A stretch of 64,000 nucleotides of DNA from assembly GCF_037042905.1 (NCBI RefSeq), contig NC_087251.1, positions 28,832,001 to 28,896,000 on the forward strand. The letters run 5' to 3'. The notes under the pieces are model-generated. The model did not search any database and had not been told where the DNA came from. It saw only the letters and a list, made by a program, of their open reading frames with translations. This DNA comes from Lytechinus pictus (Eukaryota). Below, one piece after another: positions 27,671 through 41,590 of this stretch. Numbering within the stretch: the first letter of the stretch is position 1; each line of letters starts with the position of its first letter. A program made the position numbers and the translations under genes.

Positions 27671-30600
27671 GCGAGAATCAAGAGGATCCAGAGAGTTTGA
27701 ATTTTCGACCCCCTCGCCCCACCCGCGACATGGAAAATTGGGCAAAATTGTGCAAAATTGAGCAAAATAATATTTGTTCAATATTTCCCCCGAAACCCCC
27801 CCAAATCAGCCGTCCTCGCTTCCTGGGATGTTTAAGCATCCTAACCGATTATTACAGCGAGAATCAAGAGGATCCAGGGAGTTTGAATTTTCGACCCGCT
27901 CGCCCCACCCGCGACATGAAAAATTTGGCAAAATTGGCCAAAATTGAGCAAAATAATATTTGTTCAATATTTCCCCAGAAACCCCCCCAAATCAGCCGTC
28001 TTCGCTCCCTGGGATGTTTTAGCATCCTAACCGATTATTACAGCGAGAATCAAGAGGATCCAGAGAGTTTGAATTTTCGACCCCCTCGCCCCACCCGCGA
28101 CATGGAAAATTGGGCAAAATTGTGCAAAATTGAGCAAAATAATATTTGTTCAATATTTCCCCCGAAACCCCCCCAAATCAGCCGTCCTCGCTTCCTGGGA
28201 TGTTTTAGCATCCTAACCGATTATTACAGCGAGAATCAAGAGGATCCAGGGAGTTTGAATTTTCGACCCGCTCGCCCCACCCGCGACATGAAAAATTTGG
28301 CAAAATTGGCCAAAATTGAGCAAAATAATATTTGTTCAATATTTCCCCAGAAACCCCCCCAAATCAGCCGTCTTCGCTCCCTGGGATGTTTAAGCATCCT
28401 AACCGATTATTACAGCGAGATTCAAGAGGATCCAGGGAGTTTGAATTTTCGACCCCCTCGCCCCACCCGCGACATGGAAAATTGGGCAAAATTGGCCAAA
28501 ATTGAGGAAAATAATATTTGTTAAATATTTCCCCCGAAACCCCCAAAAATCAGCCGTCTTCGCTCCCTGGGATGTTTAAGCATCTTAACCGATTATTACA
28601 GCGAGATTCAAGAGGATCCAAGGAGTTTGAATTTTCGACCCCCTCGCCCCACCCGCGACATGGAAAATTTGGCAAAATTGAGCAAAATAATATTTGTTCA
28701 ATATTTCCCCAGAAACCCCCCCAAATCAGCCGTCTTCGCTCCCTGGGATGTTTTAGCATCCTAACCGATTATTACAGCGAGAATCAAGAGGATCCAGAGA
28801 GTTTGAATTTTCGACCCCCTCGCCCCACCCGCGACATGGAAAATTGGGCAAAATTGTGCAAAATTGAGCAAAATAATATTTGTTCAATATTTCCCCCGAA
28901 ACCCCCCCAAATCAGCCGTCCTCGCTTCCTGGGATGTTTTAGCATCCTAACCGATTATTACAGCGAGAATCAAGAGGATCCAGGGAGTTTGAATTTTCGA
29001 CCCGCTCGCCCCACCCGCGACATGAAAAATTTGGCAAAATTGGCCAAAATTGAGCAAAATAATATTTGTTCAATATTTCCCCAGAAACCCCCCCAAATCA
29101 GCCGTCTTCGCTCCCTGGGATGTTTAAACATCCTAACCGATTATTACAGCGAGATTCAAGAGGATCCAGGGAGTTTGAATTTTCGACCCCCTCGCCCCAC
29201 CCGCGACATGGAAAATTGGGCAAAATTGGCCAAAATTGAGGAAAATAATATTTGTTAAATATTTCCCCCGAAACCCCCAAAAATCAGCCGTCTTCGCTCC
29301 CTGGGATGTTTAAGCATCTTAACCGATTATTACAGCGAGATTCAAGAGGATCCAAGGAGTTTGAATTTTCGACCCCCTCGCCCCACCCGCAACATGGAAA
29401 ATTTGGCAAAATTGGCCAAAATTGAGGAAAATAATATTTGTTCAATATTTCCCCCGAAACCCCCCCAAATCAGCCGTCTTCGCTCCCTGGGATGTTTTAG
29501 CATCCTAACCGATTATTACAGCAAGATTCAAGAGGATCCAGGGAGTTTGAATTTTCGACCCCCTCGCCCCACCCGTGACATGGAAAATTGGGCAAAATTT
29601 GCCAAAATTGAGCAAAATAATATTTGTTCAATATTTCCCCCTAAACCCCCCCAAATCAGCCGTCCTTGCTTCCTGGGATGTTTTAGCATCCTAACCGATT
29701 ATTACAGCGAGAATCAAGAGGATCCAGGGAGTTTGAATTTTCGACCCTCTCGCCCCACCCGCGACATGAAAAATTGGGCAAAATTTGCCAAAATTGAGCA
29801 AAATAATATTTGTTCAATATTTCCCCCGAAACCCCCCCAATCAGCCGTCTTTGCTCCCTGGGTTGTTTTAGCATCCTAACCGATTATTACAGCGAGAATC
29901 AAGAGGATCCAGGGAGTTTGAATTTTCGACCCCATTGCCCCACCCGCGACATGGAAAATTGGGCAAAATTGGCCAAAATTGAGCAAAATAATATTTGTTC
30001 AACATTTCCCCCGAAACCCCCCCAAATCAGCCGTCTTCGCTCCCTGGGATGTTTTAGCATCCTAACCGATTATTACAGCGAGAATCAAGAGGATCCAGAG
30101 AGTTTGAATTTTCGACCCCCTCGCCCCACCCGCGACATGGAAAATTGGGCAAAATTTGCCAAAATTGAGCAAAATAATATTTGTTCAATATTTCCCCCGA
30201 AACCCCCCCAAATCAGCCGTCCTCGCTTCCTGGGATGTTTTAGCATCCTAACCGATTATTACAGCGAGAATCAAGAGGATCCAGGGAGTTTGAATTTTCG
30301 ACCCGCTCGCCCCACCCGCGACATGAAATATTTGGCAAAATTGGCCAAAATTGAGCAAAATAATATTTGTTCAATATTTCCCCAGAAACCCCCCCAAATC
30401 AGCCGTCTTCGCTCCCTGGGATGTTTAAGCATCCTAACCGATTATTACAGCGAGATTCAAGAGGATCCAGGGAGTTTGAATTTTCGACCCCCTCGCCCCA
30501 CCCGCGACATGGAAGATTTGGCAAAATTGAGCAAAATAATATTTGTTCAATATTTCCCCAGAAACCCCCCCCAAATCAGCCGTCTTCGCTCCCTGGGATG

Positions 30601-33600
30601 TTTTAGCATCCTAACTGATTATTACAGCGAGAATCAAGAGGATCCAGAGAGTTTGAATTTTCGACCCCCTCGCCCCACCCGCGACATGGAAAATTGGGCA
30701 AAATTGTGCAAAATTGAGCAAAATAATATTTGTTCAATATTTCCCCCGAAACCCCCCCAAATCAGCCGTCCTCGCTTCCTGGGATGTTTTAGCATCCTAA
30801 CCGATTATTACAGCGAGAATCAAGAGGATCCAGGGAGTTTGAATTTTCGACCCGCTCGCCCCACCCCGCGACATGAAAAATTTGGCAAAATTGGCCAAAA
30901 TTGAGCAAAATAATATTTGTTCAATATTTCCCCCTAAACCCCCCCAAATCAGCCGTCCTCGCTTCCTGGGATGTTTTAGCATCCTAACCGATTATTACAG
31001 CGAGAATCAAGAGGATCCAGGGAGTTTGAATTTTCGACCCGCTCGCCCCACCCGTGACATGGAAAATTGGGCAAAATTTGCCAAAATTGAGCAAAATAAT
31101 ATTTGTTCAATATTTCCCCCTAAACCCCCCCAAATCAGCCGTCCTTGCTTCCTGGGATGTTTTAGCATCCTAACCGATTATTACAGCGAGAATCAAGAGG
31201 ATCCAGGGAGTTTGAATTTTCGACCCTCTCGCCCCACCCGCGACATGAAAAATTGGGCAAAATTTGCCAAAATTGAGCAAAATAATATTTGTTCAATATT
31301 TCCCCCGAAACCCCCCCAATCAGCCGTCTTTGCTCCCTGGGTTGTTTTAGCATCCTAACCGATTATTACAGCGAGAATCAAGAGGATCCAGGGAGTTTGA
31401 ATTTTCGACCCCATTGCCCCACCCGCGACATGGAAAATTGGGCAAAATTGGCCAAAATTGAGCAAAATAATATTTGTTCAACATTTCCCCCGAAACCCCC
31501 CCAAATCAGCCGTCTTCGCTCCCTGGGATGTTTTAGCATCCTAACCGATTATTACAGCGAGAATCAAGAGGATCCAGAGAGTTTGAATTTTCGACCCCCT
31601 CGCCCCACCCGCGACATGGAAAATTGGGCAAAATTTGCCAAAATTGAGCAAAATAATATTTGTTCAATATTTCCCCCGAAACCCCCCCAAATCAGCCGTC
31701 CTCGCTTCCTGGGATGTTTTAGCATCCTAACCGATTATTACAGCGAGAATCAAGAGGATCCAGGGAGTTTGAATTTTCGACCCGCTCGCCCCACCCGCGA
31801 CATGAAATATTTGGCAAAATTGGCCAAAATTGAGCAAAATAATATTTGTTCAATATTTCCCCAGAAACCCCCCCAAATCAGCCGTCTTCGCTCCCTGGGA
31901 TGTTTAAGCATCCTAACCGATTATTACAGCGAGATTCAAGAGGATCCAGGGAGTTTGAATTTTCGACCCCCTCGCCCCACCCGCGACATGGAAGATTTGG
32001 CAAAATTGAGCAAAATAATATTTGTTCAATATTTCCCCAGAAACCCCCCCCAAATCAGCCGTCTTCGCTCCCTGGGATGTTTTAGCATCCTAACTGATTA
32101 TTACAGCGAGAATCAAGAGGATCCAGAGAGTTTGAATTTTCGACCCCCTCGCCCCACCCGCGACATGGAAAATTGGGCAAAATTGTGCAAAATTGAGCAA
32201 AATAATATTTGTTCAATATTTCCCCCGAAACCCCCCCAAATCAGCCGTCCTCGCTTCCTGGGATGTTTTAGCATCCTAACCGATTATTACAGCGAGAATC
32301 AAGAGGATCCAGGGAGTTTGAATTTTCGACCCGCTCGCCCCACCCCGCGACATGAAAAATTTGGCAAAATTGGCCAAAATTGAGCAAAATAATATTTGTT
32401 CAATATTTCCCCAGAAACCCCCCCAAATCAGCCGTCTTCGCTCCCTGGGATGTTTAAGCATCCTAACCGATTATTACAGCGAGATTCAAGAGGATCCAGG
32501 GAGTTTGAATTTTCGACCCCCTCGCCCCACCCGCGACATGGAAAATTGGGCAAAATTGGCCAAAATTGAGGAAAATAATATTTGTTAAATATTTCCCCCG
32601 AAACCCCCAAAAATCAGCCGTCTTCGCTCCCTGGGATGTTTAAGCATCTTAACCGATTATTACAGCGAGATTCAAGAGGATCCAAGGAGTTTGAATTTTC
32701 GACCCCCTCGCCCCACCCGCGACATGGAAAATTTGGCAAAATTGGCCAAAATTGAGGAAAATAATATTTGTTCAATATTTCCCCCGAAACCCCCCCAAAT
32801 CAGCCGTCTTCGCTCCCTGGGATGTTTTAGCATCCTAACCGATTATTACAGCGAGATTCAAGAGGATCCAGGGAGTTTGAATTTTCGACCCCCTCGCCCC
32901 ACCCGTGACATGGAAAATTGGGCAAAATTGGCCAAAATTGAGCAAAATAATATTTGTTCAATATTTCCCCCGAAACCCCCCCAAATCAGCCGTCTTCGCT
33001 CCCTGGGATGTTTTAGCATACTAACCGATTATTACAGTGAAAATCAAGAGAATCAAGAGGATCCAGGGAGTAAGAATTTTCGACCCCCTCGCCCCACCCG
33101 CTACATGGAAAATTGGGCAAAATTTGCCAAAATTGAGCAAAATAATATTTGTTCAATATTTCCCCCTAAACCCCCCCAAATCAGCCGTCCTTGCTTCCTG
33201 GGATGTTTTAGCATCCTAACCGATTATTACAGCGAGAATCAAGAGGATCCAGGGAGTTTGAATTTTTGACCCTCTCGCCCCACCCGCGACATGAAAAATT
33301 GGGCAAAATTTGCCAAAATTGAGCAAAATAATATTTGTTCAATATTTCCCCCGAAACCCCCCCAATCAGCCGTCTTTGCTCCCTGGGTTGTTTTAGCATC
33401 CTAACCGATTATTACAGCGAGAATCAAGAGGATCCAGGGAGTTTGAATTTTCGACCCCATTGCCCCACCCGCGACATGGAAAATTGGGCAAAATTGGCCA
33501 AAATTGAGCAAAATAATATTTGTTCAACATTTCCCCCGAAACCCCCCCAAATCAGCCGTCTTCGCTCCCTGGGATGTTTTAGCATCCTAACCGATTATTA

Positions 33601-34599
33601 CAGCGAGAATCAAGAGGATCCAGAGAGTTTGAATTTTCGACCCCCTCGCCCCACCCGCGACATGGAAAATTGGGCAAAATTGTGCAAAATTGAGCAAAAT
33701 AATATTTGTTCAATATTTCCCCCGAAACCCCCCCAAATCAGCCGTCCTCGCTTCCTGGGATGTTTTAGCATCCTAACCGATTATTACAGCGAGAATCAAG
33801 AGGATCCAGGGAGTTTGAATTTTCGACCCGCTCGCCCCACCCGCGACATGAAAAATTTGGCAAAATTGGCCAAAATTGAGCAAAATAATATTTGTTCAAT
33901 ATTTCCCCAGAAACCCCCCCAAATCAGCCGTCTTCGCTCCCTGGGATGTTTAAGCATCCTAACCGATTATTACAGCGAGATTCAAGAGGATCCAGGGAGT
34001 TTGAATTTTCGACCCCCTCGCCCCACCCGCGACATGGAAAATTGGGCAAAATTGGCCAAAATTGAGGAAAATAATATTTGTTAAATATTTCCCCCGAAAC
34101 CCCCCAAAATCAGCCGTCTTCGCTCCCTGGGATGTTTAAGCATCTTAACCGATTATTACAGCGAGATTCAAGAGGATCCAAGGAGTTTGAATTTTCGACC
34201 CCCTCGCCCCACCCGCGACATGGAAAATTTGGCAAAATTGGCCAAAATTGAGGAAAATAATATTTGTTCAATATTTCCCCCGAAACCCCCCAAAATCAGC
34301 CGTCTTCGCTCCCTGGGATGTTTTAGCATCCTAACCGATTATTACAGCGAGAATCAAGAGGATCCAGGGAGTTTGAATTTTCGACCCCCTCGCCCCACCC
34401 GCGACATGGAAAATTTGGCAAAATTGGCCAAAATTGAGGAAAATAATATTTGTTCAATATTTCCCCCGAAACCCCCCCAAATCAGCCGTCTTCGCTCCCT
34501 GGGATGTTTTAGCATCCTAACCGATTATTACAGCGAGATTCAAGAGGATCCAGGGAGTTCGAATTTTCGACCCCCTCGCCCCACCCGTGACATGGAAAA

Positions 34600-37500
34600 T
34601 TGGGCAAAATTGGCCAAAATTGAGCAAAATAATATTTGTTCAATATTTCCCCCGAAACCCCCCCAAATCAGCCGTCTTCGATCCCTGGGATGTTTTAGCA
34701 TACTAACCGATTATTACAGTGAAAATCAAGAGAATCAAGAGGATCCAGGGAGTAAGAATTTTCGACCCCCTCGCCCCACCCGCTACATGGAAAATTGGGC
34801 AAAATTTGCCAAAATTGAGCAAAATAATATTTGTTCAATATTTCCCCCTAAACCCCCCCAAATCAGCCGTCCTTGCTTCCTGGGATGTTTTAGCATCCTA
34901 ACCGATTATTACAGCGAGAATCAAGAGGATCCAGGGAGTTTGAATTTTCGACCCTCTCGCCCCACCCGCGACATGAAAAATTGGGCAAAATTTGCCAAAA
35001 TTGAGCAAAATAATATTTGTTCAATATTTCCCCCGAAACCCCCCAAATCAGCCGTCTTTGCTCCCTGGGTTGTTTTAGCATCCTAACCGATTATTACAGC
35101 GAGAATCAAGAGGATCCAGGGAGTTTGAATTTTCGACCCCATTGCCCCACCCGCGACATGGAAAATTGGGCAAAATTGGCCAAAATTGAGCAAAATAATA
35201 TTTGTTCAACATTTCCCCCGAAACCCCCCCAAATCAGCCGTCTTCGCTCCCTGGGATGTTTTAGCATCCTAACCGATTATTACAGCGAGAATCAAGAGGA
35301 TCCAGAGAGTTTGAATTTTCGACCCCCTCGCCCCACCCGCGACATGGAAAATTGGGCAAAATTGTGCAAAATAATATTTGTTCAATATTTCCCCCGAAAC
35401 CCCCCCAAATCAGCCGTCCTCGCTTCCTGGGATGTTTTAGCATCCTAACCGATTATTACAGCGAGAATCAAGAGGATCCAGGGAGTTTGAATTTTCGACC
35501 CGCTCGCCCCACCCGCGACATGAAAAATTTGGCAAAATTGGCCAAAATTGAGCAAAATAATATTTGTTCAATATTTCCCCAGAAACCCCCCCAAATCAGC
35601 CGTCTTCGCTCCCTGGGATGTTTAAGCATCCTAACCGATTATTACAGCGAGATTCAAGAGGATCCAGGGAGTTTGAATTTTCGACCCCCTCGCCCCACCC
35701 GCGACATGGAAAATTGGGCAAAATTGGCCAAAATTGAGCAAAATAATATTTGTTCAATATTTCCCCCGAAACCCCCCCAAATCAGCCGTCTTCGCTCCCT
35801 GGGATGTTTTAGCATACTAACCGATTATTACAGTGAAAATCAAGAGAATCAAGAGGATCCAGGGAGTAAGAATTTTCGACCCCCTCGCCCCACCCGCTAC
35901 ATGGAAAATTGGGCAAAATTTGCCAAAATTGAGCAAAATAATATTTGTTCAATATTTCCCCCTAAACCCCCCCAAATCAGCCGTCCTTGCTTCCTGGGAT
36001 GTTTTAGCATCCTAACCGATTATTACAGCGAGAATCAAGAGGATCCAGGGAGTTTGAATTTTCGACCCTCTCGCCCCACCCGCGACATGAAAAATTGGGC
36101 AAAATTTGCCAAAATTGAGCAAAATAATATTTGTTCAATATTTCCCCCGAAACCCCCCCAATCAGCCGTCTTTGCTCCCTGGGTTGTTTTAGCATCCTAA
36201 CCGATTATTACAGCGAGAATCAAGAGGATCCAGGGAGTTTGAATTTTCGACCCCATTGCCCCACCCGCGACATGGAAAATTGGGCAAAATTGGCCAAAAT
36301 TGAGCAAAATAATATTTGTTCAACATTTCCCCCGAAACCCCCCCAAATCAGCCGTCTTCGCTCCCTGGGATGTTTTAGCATCCTAACCGATTATTACAGC
36401 GAGAATCAAGAGGATCCAGAGAGTTTGAATTTTCGACCCCCTCGCCCCACCCGCGACATGGAAAATTGGGCAAAATTGTGCAAAATAATATTTGTTCAAT
36501 ATTTCCCCCGAAACCCCCCCAAATCAGCCGTCCTCGCTTCCTGGGATGTTTTAGCATCCTAACCGATTATTACAGCGAGAATCAAGAGGATCCAGGGAGT
36601 TTGAATTTTCGACCCGCTCGCCCCACCCGCGACATGAAAAATTTGGCAAAATTGGCCAAAATTGAGCAAAATAATATTTGTTCAATATTTCCCCAGAAAC
36701 CCCCCCAAATCAGCCGTCTTCGCTCCCTGGGATGTTTAAGCATCCTAACCGATTATTACAGCGAGATTCAAGAGGATCCAGGGAGTTTGAATTTTCGACC
36801 CCCTCGCCCCACCCGCGACATGGAAAATTGGGCAAAATTGGCCAAAATTGAGCAAAATAATATTTGTTCAATATTTCCCCCGAAACCCCCCCAAATCAGC
36901 CGTCTTCGCTCCCTGGGATGTTTTAGCATACTAACCGATTATTACAGTGAAAATCAAGAGAATCAAGAGGATCCAGGGAGTAAGAATTTTCGACCCCCTC
37001 GCCCCACCCGCTACATGGAAAATTGGGCAAAATTTGCCAAAATTGAGCAAAATAATATTTGTTCAATATTTCCCCCTAAACCCCCCCAAATCAGCCGTCC
37101 TTGCTTCCTGGGATGTTTTAGCATCCTAACCGATTATTACAGCGAGAATCAAGAGGATCCAGGGAGTTTGAATTTTCGACCCTCTCGCCCCACCCGCGAC
37201 ATGAAAAATTGGGCAAAATTTGCCAAAATTGAGCAAAATAATATTTGTTCAATATTTCCCCCGAAACCCCCCCAATCAGCCGTCTTTGCTCCCTGGGTTG
37301 TTTTAGCATCCTAACCGATTATTACAGCGAGAATCAAGAGGATCCAGGGAGTTTGAATTTTCGACCCCATTGCCCCACCCGCGACATGGAAAATTGGGCA
37401 AAATTGGCCAAAATTGAGCAAAATAATATTTGTTCAACATTTCCCCCGAAACCCCCCCAAATCAGCCGTCTTCGCTCCCTGGGATGTTTTAGCATCCTAA

Positions 37501-37960
37501 CCGATTATTACAGCGAGAATCAAGAGGATCCAGAGAGTTTGAATTTTCGACCCCCTCGCCCCACCCGCGACATGGAAAATTGGGCAAAATTGTGCAAAAT
37601 AATATTTGTTCAATATTTCCCCCGAAACCCCCCCAAATCAGCCGTCCTCGCTTCCTGGGATGTTTTAGCATCCTAACCGATTATTACAGCGAGAATCAAG
37701 AGGATCCAGGGAGTTTGAATTTTCGACCCGCTCGCCCCACCCGCGACATGAAAAATTTGGCAAAATTGGCCAAAATTGAGCAAAATAATATTTGTTCAAT
37801 ATTTCCCCAGAAACCCCCCCAAATCAGCCGTCTTCGCTCCCTGGGATGTTTAAGCATCCTAACCGATTATTACAGCGAGATTCAAGAGGATCCAGGGAGT
37901 TTGAATTTTCGACCCCCTCGCCCCACCCGCGACATGGAAAATTGGGCAAAATTGGCCAAA
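34600..37960 (+). repeat. Three tandem copies of a 1,114-bp (6-monomer) HOR
   Basis: ORFs 34719/35833/36947 and 35017/36131/37245 are spaced 1114. Marker: a -10 monomer TTGTGCAAAATAAT first seen at about 35362. Confidence 0.9.
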
Positions 37961-40900
37961 ATTGAGGAAAATAATATTTGTTAAATATTTCCCCCGAAAC
38001 CCCCCAAAATCAGCCGTCTTCGCTCCCTGGGATGTTTAAGCATCTTAACCGATTATTACAGCGAGATTCAAGAGGATCCAAGGAGTTTGAATTTTCGACC
38101 CCCTCGCCCCACCCGCGACATGGAAAATTTGGCAAAATTGGCCAAAATTGAGGAAAATAATATTTGTTCAATATTTCCCCCGAAACCCCCAAAATCAGCC
38201 GTCTTCGCTCCCTGGGATGTTTTAGCATCCTAACCGATTATTACAGCGAGAATCAAGAGGATCCAGGGAGTTTGAATTTTCGACCCCCTCGCCCCACCCG
38301 CGACATGGAAAATTTGGCAAAATTGGCCAAAATTGAGGAAAATAATATTTGTTCAATATTTCCCCCGAAACCCCCCCAAATCAGCCGTCTTCGCTCCCTG
38401 GGATGTTTTAGCATCCTAACCGATTATTACAGCGAGATTCAAGAGGATCCAGGGAGTTCGAATTTTCGACCCCCTCGCCCCACCCGTGACATGGAAAATT
38501 GGGCAAAATTGGCCAAAATTGAGCAAAATAATATTTGTTCAATATTTCCCCCGAAACCCCCCCAAATCAGCCGTCTTCGATCCCTGGGATGTTTTAGCAT
38601 ACTAACCGATTATTACAGTGAAAATCAAGAGAATCAAGAGGATCCAGGAAGTAAGAATTTTCGACCCCCTCGCCCCACCCGCTACATGGAAAATTGGGCA
38701 AAATTTGCCAAAATTGAGCAAAATAATATTTGTTCAATATTTCCCCCTAAACCCCCCCAAATCAGCCGTCCTTGCTTCCTGGGATGTTTTAGCATCCTAA
38801 CCGATTATTACAGCGAGAATCAAGAGGATCCAGGGAGTTTGAATTTTCGACCCTCTCGCCCCACCCGCGACATGAAAAATTGGGCAAAATTTGCCAAAAT
38901 TGAGCAAAATAATATTTGTTCAATATTTCCCCCGAAACCCCCCCAATCAGCCGTCTTTGCTCCCTGGGTTGTTTTAGCATCCTAACCGATTATTACAGCG
39001 AGAATCAAGAGGATCCAGGGAGTTTGAATTTTCGACCCCATTGCCCCACCCGCGACATGGAAAATTGGGCAAAATTGGCCAAAATTGAGCAAAATAATAT
39101 TTGTTCAACATTTCCCCCGAAACCCCCCCAAATCAGCCGTCTTCGCTCCCTGGGATGTTTTAGCATCCTAACCGATTATTACAGCGAGAATCAAGAGGAT
39201 CCAGAGAGTTTGAATTTTCGACCCCCTCGCCCCACCCGCGACATGGAAAATTGGGCAAAATTGTGCAAAATAATATTTGTTCAATATTTCCCCCGAAACC
39301 CCCCCAAATCAGCCGTCCTCGCTTCCTGGGATGTTTTAGCATCCTAACCGATTATTACAGCGAGAATCAAGAGGATCCAGGGAGTTTGAATTTTCGACCC
39401 GCTCGCCCCACCCGCGACATGAAAAATTTGGCAAAATTGGCCAAAATTGAGCAAAATAATATTTGTTCAATATTTCCCCAGAAACCCCCCCAAATCAGCC
39501 GTCTTCGCTCCCTGGGATGTTTAAGCATCCTAACCGATTATTACAGCGAGATTCAAGAGGATCCAGGGAGTTTGAATTTTCGACCCCCTCGCCCCACCCG
39601 CGACATGGAAAATTGGGCAAAATTGGCCAAAATTGAGGAAAATAATATTTGTTAAATATTTCCCCCGAAACCCCCCAAAATCAGCCGTCTTTGCTCCCTG
39701 GGATGTTTAAGCATCTTAACCGATTATTACAACGAGATTCAAGAGGATCCAAGGAGTTTGAATTTTCGACCCCCTCGCCCCACCCGCGACATGGAAAATT
39801 TGGCAAAATTGGCCAAAATTGAGGAAAATAATATTTGTTCAATATTTCCCCCGAAACCCCCAAAATCAGCCGTCTTCGCTCCCTGGGATGTTTTAGCATC
39901 CTAACCGATTATTACAGCGAGAATCAAGAGGATCCAGGGAGTTTGAATTTTCGACCCCCTCGCCCCACCCGCGACATGGAAAATTTGGCAAAATTGGCCA
40001 AAATTGAGGAAAATAATATTTGTTCAATATTTCCCCCGAAACCCCCCCAAATCAGCCGTCTTCGCTCCCTGGGATGTTTTAGCATCCTAACCGATTATTA
40101 CAGCGAGATTCAAGAGGATCCAGGGAGTTCGAATTTTCGACCCCCTCGCCCCACCCGTGACATGGAAAATTGGGCAAAATTGGCCAAAATTGAGCAAAAT
40201 AATATTTGTTCAATATTTCCCCCGAAACCCCCCCAAATCAGCCGTCTTCGATCCCTGGGATGTTTTAGCATACTAACCGATTATTACAGTGAAAATCAAG
40301 AGAATCAAGAGGATCCAGGAAGTAAGAATTTTCGACCCCCTCGCCCCACCCGCTACATGGAAAATTGGGCAAAATTTGCCAAAATTGAGCAAAATAATAT
40401 TTGTTCAATATTTCCCCCTAAACCCCCCCAAATCAGCCGTCCTTGCTTCCTGGGATGTTTTAGCATCCTAACCGATTATTACAGCGAGAATCAAGAGGAT
40501 CCAGGGAGTTTGAATTTTCGACCCTCTCGCCCCACCCGCGACATGAAAAATTGGGCAAAATTTGCCAAAATTGAGCAAAATAATATTTGTTCAATATTTC
40601 CCCCGAAACCCCCCCAATCAGCCGTCTTTGCTCCCTGGGTTGTTTTAGCATCCTAACCGATTATTACAGCGAGAATCAAGAGGATCCAGGGAGTTTGAAT
40701 TTTCGACCCCATTGCCCCACCCGCGACATGGAAAATTGGGCAAAATTGGCCAAAATTGAGCAAAATAATATTTGTTCAACATTTCCCCCGAAACCCCCCC
40801 AAATCAGCCGTCTTCGCTCCCTGGGATGTTTTAGCATCCTAACCGATTATTACAGCGAGAATCAAGAGGATCCAGAGAGTTTGAATTTTCGACCCCCTCG

Positions 40901-41590
40901 CCCCACCCGCGACATGGAAAATTGGGCAAAATTGTGCAAAATAATATTTGTTCAATATTTCCCCCGAAACCCCCCCAAATCAGCCGTCCTCGCTTCCTGG
41001 GATGTTTTAGCATCCTAACCGATTATTACAGCGAGAATCAAGAGGATCCAGGGAGTTTGAATTTTCGACCCGCTCGCCCCACCCGCGACATGAAAAATTT
41101 GGCAAAATTGGCCAAAATTGAGCAAAATAATATTTGTTCAATATTTCCCCAGAAACCCCCCCAAATCAGCCGTCTTCGCTCCCTGGGATGTTTAAGCATC
41201 CTAACCGATTATTACAGCGAGATTCAAGAGGATCCAGGGAGTTTGAATTTTCGACCCCCTCGCCCCACCCGCGACATGGAAAATTGGGCAAAATTGGCCA
41301 AAATTGAGGAAAATAATATTTGTTAAATATTTCCCCCGAAACCCCCCAAAATCAGCCGTCTTTGCTCCCTGGGATGTTTAAGCATCTTAACCGATTATTA
41401 CAGCGAGATTCAAGAGGATCCAAGGAGTTTGAATTTTCGACCCCCTCGCCCCACCCGCGACATGGAAAATTGGGCAAAATTGGCCAAAATTGAGGAAAAT
41501 AATATTTGTTCAATATTTCCCCCGAAACCCCCCAAAATCAGCCGTCTTCGCTCCCTGGGATGTTTTAGCATCCTAACCGATTATTACAGC
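36830..41590 (+). repeat. Tandem 1,671-bp (9-monomer) HOR (about 3 copies), also as pairs at about 42.7-46.0 kb and about 49.6-52.9 kb
   Basis: ORFs 37245/38916/40587, 43372/45043 and 50220/51891 are spaced 1671. Markers: GAGTTCGAAT, TTCGATCCC, CCAGGAAGTAAG. Confidence 0.9.

Larger units (their letters stand above)
15461..32994 (+). repeat. Duplication with 11,124-bp offset (about 60 monomers): 15461-21870 matches 26585-32994
   Basis: ORF pairs 15787/26911, 16420/27544, 18237/29361, 20165/31289, 21228/32352. Flanking mismatches at about 15459/26583 (CAGAGAG vs CAAGGAG) and 21871/32995 (C vs T). Confidence 0.9.
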
